Shown: positions 38,510 through 46,003 of the stretch, one piece after another
How positions within the stretch are numbered: position 1 is the first letter of the stretch
Layout of the letters: each line of letters opens with the position of its first letter
Virus record (IMG/VR): IMGVR_UViG_3300037840_000382
Location: 3,025 to 67,024 of that record
Direction: 5' to 3' (one strand)
Length of the DNA: 64,000 nt
Source of the DNA: a virus
Lineage: Duplodnaviria > Caudoviricetes
The notes under the pieces: generated by a model
Seen by the model: only the letters and a program-made list of their open reading frames with translations
What the model was told of the DNA's origin: nothing
Database searches by the model: none
Translations under genes and position numbers: made by a program

Positions 38510-39688
38510 ATGAGCGACCGGACCCGCACAGCGATCGTTTCATTCCTCGTTATCTTTGGCTATTTGGTTTTCGGCTACCTGCTGCTCACTGGCTGGATCA
38601 AGCCTGACGTTTCCGGCGACGTAGCCCTGACGCTGACCGGGGGCGTGTTCGGCGTTCTGACGGCCGGGTTCTGCTGGGCGCTGGGCTATGAGCTTGGATC
38701 GAGCGCAGGGAGTCGTGCAAAGGACGCACTGATCGCCGGACAGCTCCCGCAAGTTCCTGTCGTGCCTGCGCCGAGTCCGCCGGTGAGCGTTCCGCAGCCG
38801 TTCCCAACACCGAAACCTATCCCTGAACCAGCCACGACGCGCCAGACCGGCATCACGGCCACGGAATTCGGTGGCGCCTCCGACCCCAATACCAGCGCCT
38901 ACGACAACCACATCATCAACGACACCGAGATGGGTGTCGCCCTGCCCTATCGTTTCCCAGGCACGCGGCCCCGGGTGCATGTCTGGGGACCGAAGGGCGA
39001 TACCGTCTGCGATATTGTGGATGTCGGCCCTTGGAACACGCACGATCCCTATTGGCAGACCGGCGGACGGCCCCAAGCCGAGACCGGCACCGACATGGGT
39101 GGTCGTCACACCAACCTGGCCGGCATCGACCTGACACCCGCAGCCGCGCGCGCCGTAGGCATCGACGGCAAGGGAAGTGTCGATTGGGCATTCGAGGGCT
39201 TGAGCGCACCCGCTGCGACGGTCCCTGCCGGCGTGGCAGGCGAACCTTCATGGCTCACCCTCGCGCGCGCAGAGATCGGCTTTCACGAGCTGCCTGACAA
39301 CCACGGCATTCAGAAATACGTGGACCTCGCCGGCTACGGCGCCGATGGCGAGCCGTGGTGCGCGATCTTTGCCGGAGCGATGTTGCGCAAGGCCGGCATC
39401 ACGCTCACAGGCATTAACGCAATGGCGCGCAGCTTTATGACCTCTCCAGCCTTTACCAAGATCGACACGCCGCGGCTGGGCTGTCTCGCCGTGTTTTGGC
39501 GCGGGTCTCCGTCCGGTACTGAAGGCCACGTCGGTTTCTATGTCGGCGATGCTGCGACTGGGCGCATCAATGTCCTGGGGGGCAATGAAAATGATCAAGT
39601 GATGATCGAATCCATCCCGATATCCGGCTCCACCATGGGACTGCTCGGCTACTGGTGGCCAGCTTCCACTGAGCCCAAGGTGATCTAG
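38510..39688 (+). CDS. membrane-anchored two-domain endolysin: holin-like TMs + RlpA-like DPBB + TIGR02594/CHAP-like peptidase
   Basis: Two TMs ending GSSAGSRAKD; IVDVGPWN..GIDLTPA; PWCAIF..GHVGF..LGGN. Confidence 0.8.
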   Translation: MSDRTRTAIVSFLVIFGYLVFGYLLLTGWIKPDVSGDVALTLTGGVFGVLTAGFCWALGYELGSSAGSRAKDALIAGQLPQVPVVPAPSPPVSVPQPFPTPKPIPEPATTRQTGITATEFGGASDPNTSAYDNHIINDTEMGVALPYRFPGTRPRVHVWGPKGDTVCDIVDVGPWNTHDPYWQTGGRPQAETGTDMGGRHTNLAGIDLTPAAARAVGIDGKGSVDWAFEGLSAPAATVPAGVAGEPSWLTLARAEIGFHELPDNHGIQKYVDLAGYGADGEPWCAIFAGAMLRKAGITLTGINAMARSFMTSPAFTKIDTPRLGCLAVFWRGSPSGTEGHVGFYVGDAATGRINVLGGNENDQVMIESIPISGSTMGLLGYWWPASTEPKVI

Positions 39689-39708
39689 CTTTAATCAGGA
39701 GGACAAAA

Positions 39709-39876
39709 ATGAGCTGTGAAATCCTACGCGACATAGAGGCTTGCAAGGCTTTCGAGAAGTCGATCAGGGAAATGGCCGAACAAACAATTGCGCAATTTGG
39801 GTCTGGCGAGGTCACTGTGATCAAGCGTTGTCCAAGCAGTGATCGACGTACAGACTACGGCACCGCTGGAAGATAG
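39709..39876 (+). CDS. small hypothetical protein
   Basis: AGGAGG RBS; manual translation, 55 aa. Confidence 0.45.
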   Translation: MSCEILRDIEACKAFEKSIREMAEQTIAQFGSGEVTVIKRCPSSDRRTDYGTAGR

Positions 39877-39934
39877 GGACGACTACAAATAGATAAACCG
39901 CGCGCGGCGGGACCGCGCATGAAAGGACCTAAAA

Positions 39935-40162
39935 ATGAACCCGTTTACGATGTTCCAGATCATCATGCAGGCTTCGGCGTCGATCCCGAAGGTTGTCGAA
40001 GCCATCCAGCAAATCATGGCATCCGATGCCGCGCATACGGTCGAAAGCGCCTTTCAAGCTTGGTTTGATCACAACACTGCCGGAGGTACGGCCGCTCCAG
40101 CATTGTCAGAAACCGCTAAGCCATTGTCGATCCCGGTGCCGATGCCAGTACAACCCTCTTAA
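39935..40162 (+). CDS. hypothetical protein
   Basis: AAGGA RBS. Confidence 0.6.
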   Translation: MNPFTMFQIIMQASASIPKVVEAIQQIMASDAAHTVESAFQAWFDHNTAGGTAAPALSETAKPLSIPVPMPVQPS

Positions 40163-40165
40163 AAA

Positions 40166-40489
40166 ATGGCCAGCGTTGGCGCTTTCTTCGATGTCCTGTT
40201 CTCGAACCGCGGCGAGATCGAGGACATCGTCGAGCGGCTTGGCGGTCTCGACGCCGCCATGAGCTTCGCAGCCGGCGCCGGGCCTGACCTCATGGCCATC
40301 ATGGCGACGATCGCGGCGCACCAGGACCCCGTCGCCGCGGTCGCCCAGGTGCAGACGATGCTGGCCTACTCGCAGGCGACAGAGGACCGCGTGCGGGCGT
40401 TCCAAACGGCGCACGGGCTAGAGGTTGATGGCATCGTGGGCGACGAGACTTGGACCAAGGTCGAGGCACTGATCAAATCGCTTGGCTAG
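40166..40489 (+). CDS. peptidoglycan-binding domain protein
   Basis: VRAFQTAHGLEVDGIVGDETW (PG_binding_1 signature). Confidence 0.85.
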   Translation: MASVGAFFDVLFSNRGEIEDIVERLGGLDAAMSFAAGAGPDLMAIMATIAAHQDPVAAVAQVQTMLAYSQATEDRVRAFQTAHGLEVDGIVGDETWTKVEALIKSLG

Positions 40490-40501
40490 GACCTATTTCC
40501 T

Positions 40502-40714
40502 GTGGCATGGCTGTGGATCGTTTGGTTGGCAGTCGCGGTCGGCTTGTTTGCCGTTTTCGAACGGTACGCAATTAATCATCAGGATCGCCAGTGGACGCTA
40601 TCCGAGACGATGGCCCACGTCGGGAGCAAGTGGCCACTAAGTATTGGATTGTTTGGCCTGTTCCTCGGCATCTTGCTGGGTCATTTCTACTGGCCCGTTA
40701 CCGTTGTACATTGA
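40502..40714 (+). CDS. two-TM membrane protein
   Basis: Two hydrophobic helices in the lysis region. Confidence 0.65.
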   Translation: MAWLWIVWLAVAVGLFAVFERYAINHQDRQWTLSETMAHVGSKWPLSIGLFGLFLGILLGHFYWPVTVVH

Positions 40715-40722
40715 GTTAGACT

Positions 40723-40914
40723 ATGCCGCGGCGGACGTTCGAGGATTTGCTTCGGGCTCTGGATGAGATCAGGCCGGATAATGTGTCTGAGCACTGGCCG
40801 CTGATTCGCGACGGCATCCGAGACTTGGGACGACGGTTCATCCTGTTGGAAGCGATAGCCGGCGGCAACCACCGTCCGCCGAGACGGAACGCAACCAAGG
40901 ACCAAAGATTATGA
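40723..40914 (+). CDS. small hypothetical protein
   Basis: ATGA overlap with the next ORF. Confidence 0.45.
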   Translation: MPRRTFEDLLRALDEIRPDNVSEHWPLIRDGIRDLGRRFILLEAIAGGNHRPPRRNATKDQRL

Positions 40915-41003
40915 GAGGCGAGTGGGTGACCCTCACAATAATCGCCCTAGTGGTAATCCTGGGCGCTTTCGTGCTAGCGTTCGCGATCTGGGCTCTCTCA
41001 TGA
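40911..41003 (+). CDS. 30-aa single-TM peptide
   Basis: MRGEWVTLTIIALVVILGAFVLAFAIWALS (manual translation). Confidence 0.45.
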   Translation: MRGEWVTLTIIALVVILGAFVLAFAIWALS

Positions 41004-41016
41004 AAGGGAAAACGTC

Positions 41017-41202
41017 ATGCCCATCGGTCTATTATTCTGGATTTTGATGATTCTGTGGATTTGCTCGTGGGTAGCAACTCGGTGGGGACCCTATACCACC
41101 TATGTGTACGCCAGCGAGTTTTTGTTCTTCGTGCTGCTGTTTCTTTTAGGGTGGCACGACTTCGGCTTCATCTTGCAAGGCGGCGGAGTCGGAGGTCGAT
41201 AA
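41017..41202 (+). CDS. two-TM small membrane protein
   Basis: MPIGLLFWILMILW...LLFLLGW. Confidence 0.7.
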   Translation: MPIGLLFWILMILWICSWVATRWGPYTTYVYASEFLFFVLLFLLGWHDFGFILQGGGVGGR

Positions 41203-41203
41203 A

Positions 41204-41359
41204 ATGGGCCTCGTTCTCCTAGTCATCCTCCTCGTCCTGATCTTTGGCGGAGGTTCCCTCTACACAGGGGGCTTCGGCTACGGGACCGTAGGGCACGGTG
41301 GCATGCTCGGGCTCGTGCTTATAATCGTCCTGGTGCTGGTGTTGCTCGGTAGGTTCTGA
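41204..41359 (+). CDS. DUF3309-like small membrane protein
   Basis: MGLVLLVILLVLIFGG..GYG..GGMLGLVLIIVLVLVLLGRF; GGAGG RBS. Confidence 0.7.
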   Translation: MGLVLLVILLVLIFGGGSLYTGGFGYGTVGHGGMLGLVLIIVLVLVLLGRF

Positions 41360-41466
41360 TCCTTAAGGCTTGATCCAAAAGTATCTTTGCTAGATGGTAG
41401 CTAAATGGTACCGTCAAAGAGCAAGGACGTGCGACTTGCGTAGATCAAGCGCAAGGATCTTACATT

Positions 41467-42216
41467 ATGGCCAAGACAGCTAGAATAAGTAGCCGACGCG
41501 TCCACAACAGTGAAAACAATACTGAGCTTGAGGAGAGGGTCGGTCACGGCATTGACCTTCGCGGCGGCAAGGTCATTGATCCGACTAAAAATGTCCTCGA
41601 TCTCGTTAGGGCTGAGAGCAAGTATCAAGATGCTATGCGGGATGCCTTAGAGAAGCTCCTCGATGTGAAGGTAACCGGCGTCAGCGACAGGCTCGAAATT
41701 ACCGCCAGCGCGATGGTTTCCTATCAGAACGCCCAGCGCGACGCTGAGACCAAGCGCATCGACCAGCTCGCCCAGACCCGTCAGGAGTTCCAGAACACCA
41801 TCCGCGACATGCTGGCGGAGTCGGTGCGCACAACATCGAACTTGGTCAGCACGCAGCTCGTTCAGATTCAGGCGACCTTCGACACGCGTGTCACTAAGTT
41901 GGAGGCCGGAGCGTTCACCCAGGCTGGCAAGAGTTCCGTTCAAGATCCCCAGACGGCCGACGCGCTGTCTCGGATGGCCGCGGGAATAGCTTCGCTTTCA
42001 ACCACGACTACCGATGCCATGAACAAGACATCTGCTATGACTGCCGAAGCCATCGCAAAGTTAACCGTTACCTTGGCAAACATGCGAGAGTCAGACAGCA
42101 GCATATCTGGACGACATATCGGTCAAGGCCAAGTCTTTGCCTGGATTGCTACGGCAATTGCCATGGCCGCTGGCGTCGGCACCATCATTGCAGTGTTGTT
42201 GATGAAGGCGGGATAG
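41467..42216 (+). CDS. coiled-coil protein with C-terminal TM
   Basis: Helical body and terminal hydrophobic helix. Confidence 0.7.
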   Translation: MAKTARISSRRVHNSENNTELEERVGHGIDLRGGKVIDPTKNVLDLVRAESKYQDAMRDALEKLLDVKVTGVSDRLEITASAMVSYQNAQRDAETKRIDQLAQTRQEFQNTIRDMLAESVRTTSNLVSTQLVQIQATFDTRVTKLEAGAFTQAGKSSVQDPQTADALSRMAAGIASLSTTTTDAMNKTSAMTAEAIAKLTVTLANMRESDSSISGRHIGQGQVFAWIATAIAMAAGVGTIIAVLLMKAG

Positions 42217-42264
42217 AGCGGCCAGCCCCCGGCCAAGATCAACCGAGGGCTCTCCGATCGATGA

Positions 42265-42705
42265 TCAGCTATTTCGCTTGCAGAAAAGATCGCCGATCAG
42301 AAGATGCCAGCAAGTGTCTGGAGTTGTCTTGTCGGTCGCGACTATCGGATTTCTCGTCTTTTGTACCGGCTTGTGAACTTGAGCGATCAGCACTGGATGA
42401 GGTCGAACGATTGCCGCTTCTCTGATCGTAGGACGAGAGAGCGCGACGGCAACAGGACGAGATGGCGCAGTAACAACTCTGTGGACTCTTGAGCTAGGAT
42501 CGGGCGCAAAATAGTACGGCCACCCTCGATAGTTCATTGGGCCGTTCATGTGGTAGAGGTCCAATATCCTGGTGGAACCGGTCGGTGGTATGTCCCAAGC
42601 CGCGAGCTCACCAGGCGCCTCCGCAAAACCTGGTAAATTCCTGAATCCAACCACACCGGCCACAGTGGCAGCCAATGCCATATAAACGAAAAAGACTGGT
42701 CTCAT
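42265..42705 (-). CDS. hypothetical protein with N-terminal TM
   Basis: GAGGTG RBS; ATGA overlap. Confidence 0.5.
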   Translation of the reverse strand: MRPVFFVYMALAATVAGVVGFRNLPGFAEAPGELAAWDIPPTGSTRILDLYHMNGPMNYRGWPYYFAPDPSSRVHRVVTAPSRPVAVALSRPTIREAAIVRPHPVLIAQVHKPVQKTRNPIVATDKTTPDTCWHLLIGDLFCKRNS

Positions 42706-43121
42706 TTTTTCACCTCTTGTTGGATATTAACGCACCACTTCCACAAAAAAGAAGCTAATAGGGACGGATCGTCAGTCGCCTTGTAGTCCTGGACCTTGAC
42801 GAGTCCCTCGGCGAACTCGACCAGTTCGCCGTATGTCAGCCGTGACATTCGTTCGGCGATGTCGTCGAGGGGCACCTTGTCCTCCCAGGTCTTTGCCGCC
42901 CTGACGTTGCTGGCCGCCACGTTGCCGATTGCTTCTTGCAAACTGCACAAATTGACCGCGTCAGCGCTGCGCTGTCTAGCGTTTCGGCGTCCGCCAAAGT
43001 CATCTGGCCCGAGCTGCGGCTCGATCCTTGGCTCGTCGAGGTCCACGGCGTAATCCGGTTTGCCGAGGTCGGTCGCGGCGTTACGGCGCAGGAACTCGGG
43101 CGCTCCATTTGCTCTGGTCAT
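42702..43121 (-). CDS. hypothetical protein
   Basis: GGAGG RBS. Confidence 0.65.
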   Translation of the reverse strand: MTRANGAPEFLRRNAATDLGKPDYAVDLDEPRIEPQLGPDDFGGRRNARQRSADAVNLCSLQEAIGNVAASNVRAAKTWEDKVPLDDIAERMSRLTYGELVEFAEGLVKVQDYKATDDPSLLASFLWKWCVNIQQEVKK

Positions 43122-43400
43122 TTATCTTCCTCCAATGACGGATGTGACACGGTCGTACCAAATCAGATCGAAAGGTCGTGGGCGAGGAATCGGGATAGCG
43201 AGCACGGGCGGATTCGAACCGCCAACCTCTGCCGATTGAGCTACGTGCTCAGCTTGCGCGAATGCGTCGGCGGGAATCGCGCGATGATGCGAAATCGTGT
43301 GGTGAACGTGGTGCCGGTGCTGCGCCGCCGCCGCCGCCGCCGCCGCCGCGCACGTCGAAAGCGCGAGGACTATGAGAGCCGACAGCGTTCGCGCAATCAT
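43122..43400 (-). CDS. small signal-peptide ORF with poly-Ala; contains a tRNA-like element
   Basis: MIARTLSALIVLALSTC(A)9QHRHH; ATGA overlap upstream. Confidence 0.5.
   Translation of the reverse strand: MIARTLSALIVLALSTCAAAAAAAAAQHRHHVHHTISHHRAIPADAFAQAEHVAQSAEVGGSNPPVLAIPIPRPRPFDLIWYDRVTSVIGGR
43199..43250 (-). ncRNA. tRNA-like element lacking the anticodon arm
   Basis: GAGCACG-TA-GCTC-AATCGGCA-GAG-GTT-GGCGG-TTCGAAT-CCGCC-CGTGCTC-G: perfect 7-bp acceptor stem, D arm and canonical T arm. Confidence 0.8.
43324..43347. repeat. (GCC)8 trinucleotide repeat
   Basis: Read directly; encodes poly-Ala on the minus strand. Confidence 0.9.
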
Positions 43401-43549
43401 AAAAGCATCTTCCGGCGATATCCCCAGCGACTGCCCCATGTCTTCCAGCGAATCATACCTCCGATCCAAAGGACACAACCAGCTTCTGGCCACCACCAGT
43501 CTAAAGCAATGACGCCCAAGCGCTTGGTCCGAATTCGAACGAGCCTCAT
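43397..43549 (-). CDS. small Trp/Arg-rich protein
   Basis: AAGGT RBS; coupled to the next ORF. Confidence 0.45.
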   Translation of the reverse strand: MRLVRIRTKRLGVIALDWWWPEAGCVLWIGGMIRWKTWGSRWGYRRKMLL

Positions 43550-43565
43550 GTTACCTTTGCTCCTC

Positions 43566-44696
43566 CTAGCGGCCGAAGATGGACTCGATGTTTGCTTGCA
43601 GCTCGGCGTTCGGGGGTGGCGCCTCCTGCATGCCGAACGCCGGACCGGAGTTGGCAGCTGGGCGGAACGGCGCCAGCACCGGACCGGGGCCCGGCGCGGG
43701 AGGCGCCGCTGCCGGGGTCGCGGCGGGTTGCTGTTGCGCATTGGCTTCTTGCATCTCCTGCTTCGTTCGGCGCCGGCGGCGCGCGGGCGGGTCAGAGGGG
43801 GATGCAATAGGCGCAACAGCCGGTCCGGGCATTGTAGGGGTGGCCTGCGGGGTAGGGGCGCCCCAATGCTGCGCGGGGGGCGCGGCGGAGGGGATCGCCG
43901 CCGGCGGCGCCGCAGTGGCCGCAGGGAAAGGATGCACAGGAAGCGGCGCGTATTGATCCCCCATTTGAATGCCAACAGGAGGCGCAATCGCAGCCTGCCG
44001 CGGCCGGTCGAGGCGGCCCACGATGATGTCGGATGCCTTGGTCTTGATGGCCTGGTCGCGTACCGCGAGGGTCGCGGCATCGAGCCATGCCTGCGGCGAC
44101 GGGGCAAATGCGAGGGTGCCACGCTCGCCGCCGCCCTCGAACGACAACCTGGTCACGACGTCGCTCATGTCGAAACCGGCGTTGAGGAACTTGGCGACAT
44201 AGGCCCGCCAGTTTTTCAGAGAGTTGGGCGGGATGGTCAGCCGGAACATGCTGTTGGGCATGCCGGGAATGACGATCGCGGTCTTTTGTTCGTCGCGGCA
44301 CGCCTTCACCTTCGATCCCATCTCGCTGATCTTGCTGCCCCACACATTTTGAGGACACGACGCGCAAGTTGGCGACTGCGGCGAGCCTGCCGCGATCGAG
44401 GGCGCAATCCCATTGTCCGAGAAGCAAGCCGGCGGCGTCGGATTTTTTGGGTCGTACTTGGTCTCGTAGTACATCTTTGACATGTGGTCGTTCACGTCTA
44501 CGATCACGACATCGATGTAAAGCGTCTGAATGGGCTGCTCGTTGCCCGCAATGTCCACGAGGGTGAACCGGTCGCCCAAGATAGACAGGTAGGGCCCGGC
44601 GCCTGCGCCGACGTTCCCGATTGCTTTGTAAGCGAGCGAGGGGGCACTGCCCTGCTTGTTGCGGATGTAGTCCGGCAGTTGATTGTGATCGACCAT
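43566..44696 (-). CDS. putative ssDNA-binding / annealing protein
   Basis: PACFSDNG..CASCPQNVWGS..KAC Zn site; Pro/Ala tail; located in the replication module. Confidence 0.65.
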   Translation of the reverse strand: MVDHNQLPDYIRNKQGSAPSLAYKAIGNVGAGAGPYLSILGDRFTLVDIAGNEQPIQTLYIDVVIVDVNDHMSKMYYETKYDPKNPTPPACFSDNGIAPSIAAGSPQSPTCASCPQNVWGSKISEMGSKVKACRDEQKTAIVIPGMPNSMFRLTIPPNSLKNWRAYVAKFLNAGFDMSDVVTRLSFEGGGERGTLAFAPSPQAWLDAATLAVRDQAIKTKASDIIVGRLDRPRQAAIAPPVGIQMGDQYAPLPVHPFPAATAAPPAAIPSAAPPAQHWGAPTPQATPTMPGPAVAPIASPSDPPARRRRRTKQEMQEANAQQQPAATPAAAPPAPGPGPVLAPFRPAANSGPAFGMQEAPPPNAELQANIESIFGR

Positions 44697-44725
44697 GTTG
44701 CTTATTTCTCCTGTTTAAACTCCGG

Positions 44726-44896
44726 TTAGTGACAGTTCGGACACTCGTGCATCCACACCGTTCCAATTTTCTTAGCGCGCCAGCCATCGCGCTTGGCCAT
44801 GTTCCAAGCCGAGTTGAAATCCGCTTGCTTGGTTTCCAGCGTAGCGGCGCACTTATCGCACTCAAAGGTGATGTCGCCGTGGGAACGGTCTATCAT
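44726..44896 (-). CDS. small zinc-finger protein
   Basis: FECDKC..GW..HECPNC (manual translation). Confidence 0.65.
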   Translation of the reverse strand: MIDRSHGDITFECDKCAATLETKQADFNSAWNMAKRDGWRAKKIGTVWMHECPNCH

Positions 44897-45111
44897 TGGC
44901 TATTACGAATCTCGCTGCGCGCGTCTGCGAGCACCTCCAGTGCGTCGGCGCAGCGGTTCACGTCAAAAAGGAACTGGCGCAGCAGCTCCAACCCGACAAC
45001 TGCCAGTGATTGCGCGTTCAGGCGTTCACTAGCAGGCAAGTCGGCGCCAACAAGGTTGACATTATTTTTGAGCGAATCCACCAGTGCATTTATGTTCATA
45101 GCGCTCATCAC
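44893..45111 (-). CDS. hypothetical protein
   Basis: Overlaps both neighbours. Confidence 0.6.
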   Translation of the reverse strand: MMSAMNINALVDSLKNNVNLVGADLPASERLNAQSLAVVGLELLRQFLFDVNRCADALEVLADARSEIRNSQ

Positions 45112-45569
45112 GATTTCCTTATGTTGACCTTCTCGAAGAATGACACCGACGTGCCGGGAGGCGTGACACTCAAGTCGTTGGGTAACGCTCCCCTTTGTTT
45201 CATTTCCTCAAGCTGTTTTTCGCGCATCTCCATGTACTTTTTGAATGCGTCGATCTGCGGGGTACCTAGTTGCAACATCTCGTTGCCGCCCTCGTCCCAC
45301 GAGTCAAGGCAAAAGTCGAGGTAGGCGTTGCGGTCCTCGATTTTGGGCATCGTGCTGACCGACTTGTAGGCCGTCCCGTGCTCGGTGCGCGCGCTTTGCT
45401 GGTTGGTTTCATTGAGAAACTTGTGAATTGCATTCTCGATCGCGTCTTGGCGCTCACGATAGGGCTTGCAGAACTCGGCAAACGCTTTGGACTGCTCGGC
45501 GAGATGCTGTTTCAGCTGATTCCACTCTTGGACAAGAGCGGAAACGTCGAGAAGGGACTGGGTGCTCAT
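45108..45569 (-). CDS. conserved phage replication-region protein
   Basis: Coiled N-terminus, SARTEHGTAY..PPG..VNIRK; GGAGG RBS. Confidence 0.7.
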   Translation of the reverse strand: MSTQSLLDVSALVQEWNQLKQHLAEQSKAFAEFCKPYRERQDAIENAIHKFLNETNQQSARTEHGTAYKSVSTMPKIEDRNAYLDFCLDSWDEGGNEMLQLGTPQIDAFKKYMEMREKQLEEMKQRGALPNDLSVTPPGTSVSFFEKVNIRKS

Positions 45570-45703
45570 TAAATTACCTCCAATGCGGCTAATATTCCCG
45601 CGACTATCGCGGCTAGTAATGCCCATGGAAAAATAGGGCCATTTTTGCTGCCGGCAATAATGCCAAAAAATAGACTGATCGCAAAAATTGCCAGCCAGTT
45701 CAT
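45569..45703 (-). CDS. 44-aa two-TM protein
   Basis: MNWLAIFAISLFFGIIAG..WALLAAIVAGILAALEVI; TAATG overlap. Confidence 0.6.
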   Translation of the reverse strand: MNWLAIFAISLFFGIIAGSKNGPIFPWALLAAIVAGILAALEVI

Positions 45704-46003
45704 ATCTCTCCCCTCCTGATCCAGCTTAACAGCGCGAAAACATCGATTGGGGGAGAGGTTGAGCGCTCACAGAACATTCTCCAGCAATTGAGCGACAAAA
45801 ACTAAGACACAGAACTGCAAAAAGCGCCCCCCATTGTCCAGTAGCTCGACTCGAAATTCGTCGATGACTATGTATTCTCTCAAAAAGAATAGCAGCAATC
45901 TTCCGTGAGATTTTGGAGACAACGCCACGACTGCTGCTCCAATAAGTATAAACTCCGATGGATATTTCATATCTCTCCCCTCCTAATCCAGCTTAATAGC
46001 GCG
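45699..46003. repeat. 38-bp direct repeat (2 mismatches) duplicating the helicase 3' end
   Basis: ttcatatctctcccctcctRatccagcttaaYagcgcg at 45699-45736 and 45966-46003. Confidence 0.9.
45767..45970 (-). CDS. small AT-rich inserted ORF
   Basis: ATGA-coupled to the helicase; flanked by the direct repeat. Confidence 0.45.
   Translation of the reverse strand: MKYPSEFILIGAAVVALSPKSHGRLLLFFLREYIVIDEFRVELLDNGGRFLQFCVLVFVAQLLENVL

Noticed and set aside
43199-43250. Functional decoding tRNA or tmRNA
   Set aside because: No anticodon arm, no G3-U70 pair and no tag-reading region; kept only as tRNA-like.
42936-44480. 514-aa plus-strand ORF
   Set aside because: Arg-rich shadow of GC-rich minus-strand genes, like most other overlapping ORFs in the track.
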